Shown here one piece after another: positions 39,951-51,967 of a stretch of 64,000 bases of DNA (positions are counted from its first letter, which is position 1; every line of letters starts with the position of its first letter). The DNA is from Octopus sinensis (Eukaryota). The notes beneath the pieces are model-generated. The model searched no databases. It was not told where the DNA came from and saw nothing but the letters and a program-made list of their open reading frames with translations. The position numbers and the translations under genes are program-made. The stretch spans positions 50,592,001 through 50,656,000 of the forward strand of contig NC_042997.1 in assembly GCF_006345805.1 (NCBI RefSeq). Reading direction: 5' to 3'.

Positions 39951-40200
39951 GTGGTGAATTGTTAAAAATATAAGAAGTAAAATGCACAGAAATTAGAAAT
40001 TTTATGTGGGAATATACGAAATAAAATATTTACACAGTCGGCCGTTTTGCTTATGCAAATCATGACCAAGTGGTTTGTGATGCTATCATAAGATGTTTCC
40101 ATTTTATGTTTGTAGGCAAACAGATATTTTGTAAATGAAGCGGAAGTTTAATACATTCTGAGGCAGGTAATCAGTGATTACTATCATTATCATAATTACT

Positions 40201-40415
40201 AAGGCAGTGAGCTGGCAGAATCGTTAGCACGCTGGACGAAATGCTTAGCGATATTTCGCCTGTCGCTACGTTCTGAGTTCAAATTCTGCTGAGGTCTACT
40301 TTGCCTTTAATCCTTTCGGGGGTCGATAAATTAAGCACCAGTGAAACACTGGGATCGTTGTAATCGACTAATCCCTTGGCCCCAAATTTCAGGCCTTGTG
40401 CGTTTAGTAGAAAGG

Positions 40416-40449
<34 letters not shown>

Positions 40450-40466
40450 TATTATTATTATTATTA

Positions 40467-40515
<49 letters not shown>
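40201..40515 (+). mobile_element. SINE family A (tail type 2) ending in a long (TTA)n
   Basis: Head AAGGCAGTGAGCTGGCAGAATCGTTAGC; tail GGCCTTGTGCGTTTAGTAGAAAGG followed by (TTA)n. Confidence 0.9.
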
Positions 40516-40733
40516 TAGAAGCAGGGGAGGTAATTACCATTTTATTTGGAAAGTAAATTGAGTAAATTGAGTATATATTTAAAATGAGTTATGGTGAGTT
40601 CGATACTTTATTCTCTCTAAGATGTGTATTGTAAAATGCGGACAAGAAAAATATCACGTTGCTCGCATTTATACAGTCCCTGGAGGTTCTTACGAGTTTT
40701 AAAAGATACAGTTTTCAAGTGAGCTTGCGGAAC

Positions 40734-40736
<3 letters not shown>

Positions 40737-40764
<28 letters not shown>

Positions 40765-40794
40765 TGTATGTATGTATGTATGTATGTATGTATG

Positions 40795-40828
<34 letters not shown>

Positions 40829-42334
40829 TGTATGCATGTATGTATTTATGTATGTATGTAATGTATGTATGTATGTATGTATGTATTTATGTATGTATGT
40901 ATGTATGTATGTATGTATGTATTTGTATGTATGTATGTATGTATGTATGTATGTATGTATGTATGTATGTATTTATGTATGTATGTATGTATTTATGTAT
41001 GTATGTATGTATGTATTATGTATGTATGTATGTATGTATGTATGTATTATGTATGTATGTATGTATGTATGTATGTATGTATGTATATATGTATGTATGT
41101 CTGTATTTATGTATGTATGTATTATGTATGTATGTATGTATGTATGTATTTATGTACGTATGTATATATGTATGTATGTATTTATGTATGTATGTATTTA
41201 TGTATGTATGTATGTATGTATGTCTGTATTTATGTATGTATGTATTATGTATGTATGTATGTATGTATGTATTTATGTACGTATGTATATATGTATGTAT
41301 GTATTTATGTATGTATGTATTTATGTATGTATGTATGTATGTATATGTATGTATTTATGTATGTATGTATTAATGTATGTATGTATGTATGTATGTATGT
41401 ATGTATATATGTATGTATGTCTGTATTTATGTATGTATGTATGTATGTATATATGTATGTATGTCTGTATTTATGTATGTATGTATGTATGTATTTATGT
41501 ATGTATATATGTATGTATGTATGTATTTATGTATGTATGTATGTATGTATGTATTTATGTACGTATGTATATATGTATGTATGTATTTATGTATGTATGT
41601 ATTTATGTATGTATGTATGTATGTATGTCTGTATTTATGTATGTATGTATTATGTATGTATGTATGTATTTATGTACGTATGTATATATGTATGTATGTA
41701 TTTATGTATGTATGTATTTATGTATGTATGTATGTATGTATGTATGTATGTATGTATGTATGTATGTATGTATGTATGTATGTATGTATGTATGTATGTA
41801 TATATGTATGTATGTCTGTATTTATGTATGTATGTATGTATGTATATGTGTATGTATGTCTGTATTTATGTATGTATGTATGTATGTATTTATGTATGTA
41901 TATATGTATGTATGTATGTATTTATGTATGTATGTATGTATGTATGTATGTATATATGTATGTATGTATGTATTTATGTATGTATGTATGTACGTATGTA
42001 TTTATGTATGTATGTATGTATGTATGTATGTATTAATGTATGTATGTATGTATGTATGTATGTATGTATGTATGTATGTATATATGTATGTATGTCTGTA
42101 TTTATGTATGTATGTATGTATTTATGTATGTATGTATGTATTTATGTATGTATGCATGTATGTATGTATGCATGTATGTATGTATTCATGTATGTATGTA
42201 TTTATGTATGTATGTATGTATGTATGCATGTATGTATGTATGTATGTATGTATGTATGTATGTATGTATGTATGTATGTATGTATTTATGTATGTATGTA
42301 TGTATGTATGTATGCATGTATGTATTTATGTATG

Positions 42335-42366
<32 letters not shown>

Positions 42367-42475
42367 TGTATGTATGCATGTATGTATGTATGCATGTATG
42401 TATGTATGTATGTATGTATGTAGTATGTATGTATGTATGTATGTATTTATGTATGTATGTATATATATGTATGTA
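40737..42475. repeat. ~1.7-kb interrupted (TATG)n array with higher-order periodicity
   Basis: Variant units (TCTG, TTTA, TACG, TATA) recur in the same order, for example at 41101 and 41224. Confidence 0.95.
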
Positions 42476-42479
42476 GACA

Positions 42480-42649
42480 TGCTTCCGGGGTTAAACTGTT
42501 CTTTGCGGCTAAGTGGCTTCGGGTTCAATCACTGCATGGCTCATTGGTCATATCTTTTCCACTATAGCCCAGGCCGACCAATGCTTGGTGAGTGAACTTA
42601 AATGACTGAAACTATGTGGAAGCCTACCGCGCGCGCACATGTGTATGTG

Positions 42650-42692
<43 letters not shown>

Positions 42693-42890
42693 TTGTATAT
42701 ATGTATACGTATGTGTATGTGTGGACGCGTGTGTGTGTATGTCTTTATATTTGTCTGCACTATTTCATAGCCGGTGTTGGTTTGTTTTCGTTCCCATAAC
42801 GTCGTGGTTCGGCGAAAGGAATCGATAGAATGTGTGCCTAACCTAAAGAAATAAGTACTGAGAAGGTCGATTTGATCGACTAAAAAGCGT
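42480..42890 (+). mobile_element. SINE B, degraded
   Basis: GGTTCAATC B-box remnant, ACTATAGCCCAGGCCGACCAA, GGTTCGGCGAAAGGAATCGATAGAAT. Confidence 0.7.
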
Positions 42891-42899
42891 CCCGCCTAA

Positions 42900-43555
42900 A
42901 CTTTCAAAACCTTCTCACACAAATCCCTCGACACAGATTACGCTATAAACCGTGATCGTGTTGATAAAATTTCCTGTTTTGCTTCAAATTTCCTTCCGTT
43001 CACTCGAAGCAAATCTACAACGAAGCTCTCATTTCCCACTTCACCAATCCTCTCACAATGTATATATAATCATGATGAACGAACACCTGCCCACGCGCTA
43101 CAATCCAACAAAATGTACCCGGTCCTAAACATGTATTTCATTTATTCAGCGCAGTTTGATCTTGAAGTCTCGAAACTCACCCTTTAATTACAATATTTAT
43201 TTCTTTATTGCCCACAAGGGGCTAAACAAAGAGGGGACAAACAAGGACAGACAAACGGATTAAGTCGATTACATCGGCCCCAGTGCGTAACTGGTCCTTA
43301 ATTTATCGACCCCGAAAGGATGAAAGGTAAAGTCGACCTCGGTAGAATTTGAACTCAGAGCGTAACGGCAGACGAAATACGGCTACACATTTCGCCCGGT
43401 GTGCTAACCACTCTGCCAGCTCGCCGCCTTCACACTCTTTAATTACAATATTACCGTCTCCGGGAATCTAATCACAATTTGCAAAAAAAACTTTAGAGTT
43501 GTCCTATTGTAAAGAACTGCAATCTTTCTGATCTTTCCAAATACTAAACACACAC

Positions 43556-43593
<38 letters not shown>

Positions 43594-44450
43594 CTCTCTC
43601 CCTCTCTCCAGTTTCTGATTGGTGATAGAGACTATCCTAAACTCTTCCTGTATCCACTTGTGTAACACTTCCTCTTCAGTGACCATCAGTATGGTTTCCA
43701 AAAAACTAGCTATTTGTGACCAGCTCCTCTATTTCATTTACTAGTGGTCTGTCACAACCGAGAAAAATTCGATGCAAGCGATGTTGTTACATTGGTTATT
43801 GGTAAAGCTCTACGTTCTTCGCCAATGAGTTCTATCTCTCAGATCTCTTGTATTGGAAGCTTTCTCTGTTGTAGTAGTGTGTTGGGTCTCTCTCCGATGC
43901 ACAATGAATCATTTCTAGAATATCAATTAAGATTACTGTTTCCTAGACTCTCGTTCTGTAAGTAAAGATCACGGTCGCTACCACTTCTAACCAAACACGT
44001 TCCTAGATGCTACCACCTTCATTTTTTTTATCATAGGCGTTATTCACACAAACCTGAATACTTTACATCCTTCAAGTACTGCTTCCATTGGCAGATACCT
44101 AAAAATAAGATGATTTCATTGAAACATAAAAAGCTAGCCACTTCCGGTAGCATAAACTAGCAATCTCTACACTTATCAAAAGCAAATAAAAAAAATTCAA
44201 CTATACCTTTTCTCAACATAAACAACACATATTCAAGACCTCGATGTTAGTGCAAAACCCTCAGTCTCTGACCTTATAACCTCACATAGTTATAATGTTG
44301 ACAGTATCGCAGAATCAGGCTGCCTCTTAAAAATCAGAAAACATTTCAACCCTAATAAATTGCTTAAATTTTACAACTCAACATTATAGCACAGCTTGGA
44401 TGAAGCTTCTGTTTAATACACAAAAACATTCTACATTCTAAACATTATCA
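42900..44450 (+). mobile_element. Old L2-group LINE RT relic, interrupted by a SINE and (CT)n
   Basis: VPGP, FNYNI.SG, LFSDHQYGFQK and VVTLVIGKAL (decayed LDISKAF) in the expected order. Confidence 0.55.
43198..43436 (-). mobile_element. SINE family A (tail type 1, Tx1-like) with a 16-bp TSD
   Basis: CTTTAATTACAATATT at 43182-43197 and 43437-43452. Confidence 0.92.
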
Positions 44451-46819
44451 CTAATTGGAAGGTTAGTACATTTATTGATGTCACTCTACTTTAGTCATCC
44501 TTTTCAAATGAAAATACAAGACAAGAGTCTACTTCGGCATCTTTTAAGTCTAAAAAGAAAGGCTGAGTTTAGTAGTCTTTATGGAAGGCCATTTAATGTA
44601 TGTAGTTAAAAAGCAAATTATTTCTTAGTTCACAGCAGTATATTTGAATATACTGATTGCTCATAGAAAACGGCACCAAAACTTTACCCACTTAGCTGTA
44701 GATTATTTTTGTGGCGAAAGAAAACGTTTTCTTAACTGGTGCTATAGAACAGTTCCTGGAGTGGTAGGGTTTTCAATTGCATCATCTAATTTCTGCGTAC
44801 CATTCCTATCTGCATACGTCTAAATTTCCTAAACCCTTTCATCCCACCGTTCATTGTGCAGAATCAAAACAATAGATTGAGCTACATTTCGTAAAGCCTT
44901 CCACTGTTTTATTAGAGTGTGTGATGAATGTCCAAAGTCGTTATGTGGGTCTTTCTAAACATCATCCATTGTTATTATTCATCAAGCCAGTCTTGAGATC
45001 TTATGTCTGCAATTCTGTGGTTTCTGCAACTGTGTAGTAGAGCGCTTATGGAAATGAAGGAGAAATATTAGCCATTCATGGAGTAATGATTTCTGAAAGT
45101 TTTAAGTTGACAAATACAGGTGGCAAAAGTCCACACGGGTAGCGGAGCTACTGATTGTGTAACAGCTAAGTTTCTTGATTGCGGTTACTATCGAACGTCT
45201 TCAGTAGCCGCTTGACTTCCTGAGTAGCAATCTAACAATCAAACTACTAGTAGCACCATAAGATAGCCTACCATGCGATCCACTTCTAAAGCAGGACATT
45301 TAGTCACCCGGATTAAGTAGAGTAAAATACTCGCGTGGAGATGTGATCAGCATCCTGAAGAAAGATGAAAAACTTTCTACAAGAACCTGATATTTGTAAT
45401 TGTGAGACCATGTTCTGTACAAAGAGCAAGAAGTTTTATTCTGATATGTTTTCCAACACCACAGTTTCTATCATACTTTCCAAATCTGCTTGCTCCTTTC
45501 TAATCTTGCATTAAAATCACTCATATTAAGATTATTTAGGGAGTTTAGTTAAGGTATGATCCAGTGATTGGAAGAAACGGACCGTGTCCTGACTCTCGTA
45601 AAATTAGATGCTGTATAATCTGTAAGTTATCTATATTGTACTGATTTTGTAATATTTGTATATTGTAACATATAATTTCAATATCAAATGAATTGCATTC
45701 TGGAAAATAAAGATGCTACATGAATGGCTAATGTGAACATTACAATTTCCAAATGCGTTTGGTTTTCCATTCGGTTATTCAGTTGGAACTCTCTTTGGTT
45801 ACGAATTCAACTATACATCTCAATAGTAACATTAACAACTGGATTGAAGTAATTCGGGCTATAACGTTCAGGGAATGGGGAGAACGTGAAACTCCTCGCC
45901 AAAATCATTCTTAGCAGCATAATTTACATAATTCGTCGGAATCACTTAATTTGGGCGTTGGTCATAAAAAGCGATAATTTTCTTTTTGAAATAAGTAACT
46001 TTTACCTATTGTTTAATCATTCATAATGCAATTAAAGATTTTGTAACACACCTATTCACAATTCTGACTACTTAGGTTCTGATTATTTATTGACAACAGT
46101 TCTAAATTAAATATTAGTTTGCAATTCATTGTCACAGTTCAATGACTCGTTATGTTGCACTGAACTTCCTGCAGTGCGGTTTTCTTTCTCTTCGTTTCAT
46201 TTTGTGAAGCACGGAATGACTCATTTTACCATAAAAAAGTATAAACTTCATTAATTCTGTATTGGACACGCTGACTAGAAGTTGAGAATCTCATGATGCA
46301 TGACTAATAGATAAAGTCGATAATGACACATGTATTTTTTTCTTTTTTCTCTTCTTTTTTTGCTGTCACTGCGATTATCAGAAACTAAAGTGAAAAAATA
46401 CGCCCCTGGAGTAGCTCACATTGTTTTAGTTGTTGCTTTTTTTAGTCACATCTAAAGCAGCCGTTGTCGATTTTTGAACTATATATTAGTTTTCTTGATT
46501 TACCTGTTGCAGATCATACAGATGGCTTGATGCGGAATGCCGGTAATGATCTTTCAACATTAGTAAGGTTGGGGTATTACTCCACTGAAATACTAAGCAC
46601 CGTCGGTCGATAGATGGTGTGAATACTATGACACAAAATGTAATTACCAGGTATCGGGTAATAACAAAATATTGATTTCTGTATTCACCCGACTCCACTT
46701 GGATGTTAGATGAATGTGCATTGTGAATATGATTTCGTTTTATATATATTATACACACACTCGCACGCACACACACACACACACACATACACACACACAC
46801 ACACACATATATATATATT

Positions 46820-47100
46820 GATAGAAATGGTCAGACAACAAAAGAATGAAAGAGACCTCGATATTATGTAAATAGAGGAATTTATCTGTAAATGTAATAT
46901 GTGACAATTATTCGGTAGCCATGATAAAACTCTGAGTTTCGGATGTCGGGACGGAAATCCATGCCGCTATCTCTTCAGTTATCCAGCCATCGAAAAAATG
47001 CTATGAAAATGACCGTTAAACAAAGGGAAATTACTGTGTGATTGACCGTTATTAAGACAAAAGAGCTATTAGAATGACCGCTAAGAGCGCGGTGGATTTT
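46820..47100 (-). mobile_element. Repeat carrying a hammerhead motif, probably a second Penelope-type terminal-repeat family
   Basis: Lies next to (CA)n and has a pyrimidine-rich 3' segment like the other pLTRs. The Penelope assignment is inferred from the ribozyme motif only. Confidence 0.45.
46923..46983 (-). ncRNA. Type I hammerhead ribozyme motif with a canonical core
   Basis: GATAA-CTGAAGA-[GAT AG CGG C ATGG ATTT CCGT C CCG AC ATC]-C-GAAA-CTC A GAG-T-T/TTATC. Stem I GATAA/TTATC, extended stem II, near-palindromic stem III, GUU triplet; one extra C before GAAA. Confidence 0.7.
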
Positions 47101-47384
47101 GAAAACTTATAACATATAAACACGAGGTATGTTCTTTATCGCCTTGCCTTTATATGTTAGCCTTAGCTTCCTGCTGAAGAGGGCAACGCCAATTGTAAAT
47201 TATTTTATTTACAAAAGATTGCTTGAAACTATGCATAGTCCAGGAAAAATAGGGTAGATGTCTTTAATTTTCATTCTCTTTCAGAATTACAACTATTAGT
47301 GGTTTGTAGTTTAACTACTCTTTCTAGCGAGTCAGATGTCCTGTTATGGCCATCTCTTATGTGTTTAAATGTACACTGTATTTG

Positions 47385-47628
47385 TGTGTGTGTGTGTGTG
47401 TGGTATGTGTGTCTTTGTGCCTGTATTTGTCCCTCACCAGCACTGCTTGATAACCCATGTTGGTGTATTTGCGTTTGCGTCTCTGTAACTTAGCAGTTCG
47501 CTAAAGTGCCCGTAAAATAAGTACCAGGTTTAAAAAATAGTCCTGGGGACGATTCATTCGACGGAATATTCGAGGCGGTGCCCCAACATGGCCTCAATCT
47601 AATGACTAAAACAAGTAAAAGACAAAAA
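47385..47628 (+). mobile_element. SINE B, 3' part
   Basis: GTAACTTAGCAGTTCG..AATAAGTACCAGG..CTAATGACTAAAACAAGTAAAAGA. Confidence 0.8.
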
Positions 47629-47702
47629 AACACTGTATTTATTCTCAATAACGCTCTATTTTACCTGACCAAGAAAATGATATAATTTCCTCCAAAAATT
47701 TT

Positions 47703-48140
47703 ATACTATCGATGTATTCTGAGAGTTTATCAACTTCCGAAATATCAAGTACGTTGCTGAAAGATTTCTAATTTCGTTGTAGCTAAAGACGGAGCCAACA
47801 GACCTGTAGACAATTTTACTTTTAAAACTTTGCCTTTCATTGTTGCGAAGTCAATGGGATTTACGATAAGTCAACCACTAAAATATTAACTATATGATTG
47901 ACCGAAAGAAAGAAATTTAGCTATAAGATAATGGTCTGAAAACTTAGTTCTTTCGATGTATCACGAAAAGTTAGTTTATATTATAAGAATTTTAAACGCT
48001 ATAGCAAACATGTTACGAAGCCACTGTTCTGTTGTTTGACATTCAAAATATCTTAGTCTATTGCCAACGGCTGGTAGAAAGTTACTTAGAGATAAATTAC
48101 TGTTATTGAAATATTTCCTAATTGAATAAGTTGCCATAAC
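47703..48140 (+). repeat. ~440-bp unclassified repeat, copy 1
   Basis: Roughly 85% similar by eye to 56335-56778, with identical runs such as TCAAGTACGTTGCTGAAAGATTTCTAATTTCGTTGTAGCTAAAGAC. Confidence 0.9.
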
Positions 48141-48166
48141 TTTCTGTATATATATATATATATATA

Positions 48167-48260
<94 letters not shown>

Positions 48261-48698
48261 ATATATATATATGTATATGTGTGTGTATATATATATGTAT
48301 GTATATGTATATGTATAGGTTACGGAGATGTACTTGCATAGCAAGTGATTTGATCTGAGATGGTGTGCTGAAACGAAAACAATTGCAGCGTGGAAGGTGT
48401 TTGTAAGCCATTTAAGAAACACACAAAAGCCGTTCGATTCACTTAAACATTTAAGTTTAATTTGTCAAAATATTTTCGTCGCTATAAGACCGCGACCTGT
48501 TCACTGACAAAAATCCGTCCAAACATCCGTTGTTATATGTATATATATATATATAGATATATATATATATATAATAATATATATATATATAAGTACAAAG
48601 TGGATGTTCCTATTTAATTTAATTAATTAGTTAATAAATTATATGAATTGGTATTATCTGGAAGTTGATGATTGAAAGGAATCTATTTTCTTATTCTG

Positions 48699-48798
<100 letters not shown>

Positions 48799-48937
48799 AT
48801 ATATATATAAGATAGAAATAGGCTTCAAAAAGAAAATAGAAAGTACACGTGGAAAAAATATGGGAAAAGTAAGAAGGAAAAAGCAAAAATTCACATTGGA
48901 TATGAACAAATAAAGCTTTTTTATGAAAAGTAACCAG

Positions 48938-49666
48938 AAATATATACATTTAGATGAACTGAGCTAGAATTAAGAAGAATAAAAGCCATTATTTTGAATT
49001 GTTAATGATATTCAAAGTCATACCGGTATCGTCAAACGCTATACACTGGCTTTGAATGAACACTGATTTCGAAACGGTGTTGGGTCTAATAATCCCTGAG
49101 TAAAAGATTATGTGTAAGGGAGGTAAGTAGTTCTGGACGTTGTGCAATTAGAGTAGATTTAATGCTGTAATATGAATGGTGTATAGGACGTATGGGAGTT
49201 GGTGATATTATTGGTAAGATTAGTAGGAAGATTAGTATTATGTTATGTGTTCATGCTAAGTTGTGGATGATATTTATTGGTGAAAGTTTCCTCTTTGTTC
49301 ATTCTTTGATGTACTATGAACATTGATAGAAGGGGAAAATTAGGAAGTTAGGATTAAGGTTTTCTAGCACATCTTTTTATGTGTTCACTGACATGTATCT
49401 GTCTGTATTGTTGGTGACGGATTTGTTCTGTATTACAGCAATATATCTACTCTAATTGCACAACGTCCAGAACTACTTACCTCCCTTACACATAATCTTT
49501 TTACTCAGGGATTAGTAGACCCAACACCGTTTGGAAATCAGTGTTCATTCAAAGCCAGTGTATAGCGTTTGACGATACCGGTATGACTTTGAATATCATT
49601 AACAATTCAAAATAATGGCTTTTATTCCTCTTAATTCTTGCTCAGTTCATCTAAATGTATATATTT
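48938..49666. repeat. Long near-perfect inverted repeat: arms 48938-49172 and 49431-49666, 258-bp spacer
   Basis: About 7 differences over 235 bp by manual comparison. Confidence 0.95.
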
Positions 49667-49834
49667 ATTGTTAGTTTTTTATTAAAAAAAACCTTTAGTT
49701 TTTCATATCCCAAGTGCATTTTCGCTTTCTTCTTCTTCTTTCTTCTTCTTCTTCTTTCTTCTTCTTCTTCTTCTTCTTTCTTCTTCTTCTCTTCTTCTTC
49801 TTCTTCTTCTTCTCTTCTTCTTCTTCTTCTCCTT

Positions 49835-49876
<42 letters not shown>

Positions 49877-50026
49877 ATTTGATTTGAAAACCCCACTGGA
49901 ATGGGAGAAAGCGCTAATAATCTGAATGATATGATCTGAATGATACGATATATATATGTTAAAAATGTAATATATAAATAAATATCTATAAATATGAACC
50001 ATCCGATCTTCTGATTACCTCATCTC

Positions 50027-50077
<51 letters not shown>

Positions 50078-50132
50078 TATATATATTTATGAATATAATT
50101 GAACAATAATCCTTTAATCCTAGAATGGAATG

Positions 50133-50465
50133 TATATACATTTAAATGCATCACTAGGCGCATTCCCACAAGTCACATGGCTTTTAAGATCAGAGTACGT
50201 GTTCCTGGGATGATTGAGGTGTAATCCATTGTATTCGTTGATCATCATCATTGAGCTTGATACTGATAAAAAGAGAAAAGAACCCATCCCTCTGTGGTTC
50301 ATTCACTAATGTTATATTGCCTGAAGAAATGAATCAATGATTACGATCAACCAGATGCCCACGGATACTACATGCTACACTGCAATAATCCTAGGAGTAC
50401 GGACTGTGATCTCAAAAGTCATGTGATTTGTGGAAATGCGCGTAACGATGCATTAAATGTTTATA
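50133..50465. repeat. Degenerate inverted repeat, arms 50133-50253 and 50335-50465
   Basis: CATTTAAATGCATC..GCGCATTCCCACAAGTCACATGGCTTTTAAGATC versus reverse complement CATTTAATGCATC..GCGCATTTCCACAAATCACATGACTTTTGAGATC. Confidence 0.8.
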
Positions 50466-50639
50466 ATTTCCATCTTAGGATTATTGTTTTTATTATTATA
50501 TTTATCCTACGTTATAACTTGAATCAACCTCGAAAAACTGGTCACTAGTCAGCATCATTAGACGGTGACCGGCATTATACATATAGCGCATTGGTAGTAT
50601 CTCGAGTCCAAGTAAGACCGTTCCGAACAACTTGCAGAT

Positions 50640-50860
50640 GATTTCTTTATAGTAACCAAATGTTCATGTTTACTTTGGTCCATTTCCTCCATCATAATAT
50701 GCACGGGTGCACGGTGTGCCAAAGGTCAGACGTTGAAGTGATCGCAGAGCAATAGGAGATGAAGGGTTTTGCTCAAGAACACAGCACACAACGCGCGAAG
50801 CGAATCCACGATCTCACAATCATGAGTGTAATACCGTAACCAACAGACCAGGCGCCCTCA
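50640..50860 (-). mobile_element. SINE family D (tRNA-derived head), degraded
   Basis: Reverse complement GGGCGCCTGGTCTGTTGGTTA..GATCGTGGATTCG..TGTGTTCTTGAGCAA. Confidence 0.55.
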
Positions 50861-50986
50861 CACATACACACACATTTATCTATTCTCTTTTTCTCTGTCT
50901 GCCTGTCTCTGTTTGTCTGTCTGTCTGTCTGTCTCTGTCTGTCTGTCTGTCTGTCTCTGTCTGTCTCTCTCTCTCTCTCTCTCTCC

Positions 50987-51021
<35 letters not shown>

Positions 51022-51023
51022 CA

Positions 51024-51892
51024 CGTGGTCTGATCAATACGTTTCCGGACTGTTGCCATAGTAACAAAGCTAAAGTACACAGAGTGAAGAAAACACTTGA
51101 CACAAACTGACCTTGAACTCCACTGTGCATGCGCATTACGTTTTATCGTTCTATCTCACTTCCGCTGTTTACAGCAGTACTTCGAAGGAAGGTGTGTAGC
51201 GTGTGATCATCGCATTGACCATGACAGAGAAAGGTATGCAGAGAATCTGCATCCTGCTCACAGACCTACGCAAAGTGCAAAGTTTTCAAAAAGTTTTCAT
51301 CGTTCTCGATGCAATTAAGATCTTGTGCAACTGAAACCCGCGTGTCGTTTTGGTGAGCTGAAAGCAGTTTGGGCACAAATTTAGCAGACACGCGTCTCAG
51401 ATCCAAATCTTTATTGATAATTGACTGAATTCAACCGTAACTGATCTTCACATCCTCTGATAACTCGCGGACGGTGAATCGACGATTTTCTCTCACAGCT
51501 GCACGCAGATCTGCAATGTTTTTCTCAGTTCTGCTGGTTGCGGGACTCCCAGAATTTTCGTCACTATCGACATTCTTCGGTCCACCTTGTAAACGTCTGA
51601 AACACTTGTGTGCGACTCATACAATCTTCCCCATACACTTTCTACAACTTTGCGAAGGCCTTTCAGCAGGTATCGCCATGACAACTTTGTCTGTCGGGGT
51701 CAGTGCAGCGATCGCACGCTACACACCTTCCTTCCAAACACTGCTGTAAAAAGCGGAAAAAAAACTAGCACGTTAAAACTCAGTGCGCATGCATAGCAGA
51801 GTTCAATGTCAATTTGTACCTAGTGGCTTCACTCTGCGTACTTTAACTACGTTACTATGGCAACAGACCAGATACTTATTGATCAGACCTCG
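51024..51892 (-). mobile_element. Internally deleted mariner element with a transposase N-terminal remnant
   Basis: TIRs CG(T/A)GGTCTGATCAATA..CTGTTGCCATAGTAAC with TA-type flanks. The minus strand reads VYGEDCMSRTQVF..RENRRFTVRELSEDV..RRVSAKFVPKLL across frameshifts. Confidence 0.9.
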
Positions 51893-51894
51893 TA

Positions 51895-51967
<73 letters not shown>
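51895..51967. repeat. (TATC)n array at the 5' junction of Tx1 copy 2
   Basis: About 18 units directly after the TA of the mariner TIR. Confidence 0.95.

Noticed and set aside
40659-42595. Very long ORFs (605, 576, 219 aa) of MYVC repeats
   Set aside because: These are translations of the stop-free (TATG)n array. The same applies to the YI, LSIY, CV, HT, poly-E and poly-R ORFs throughout the window.
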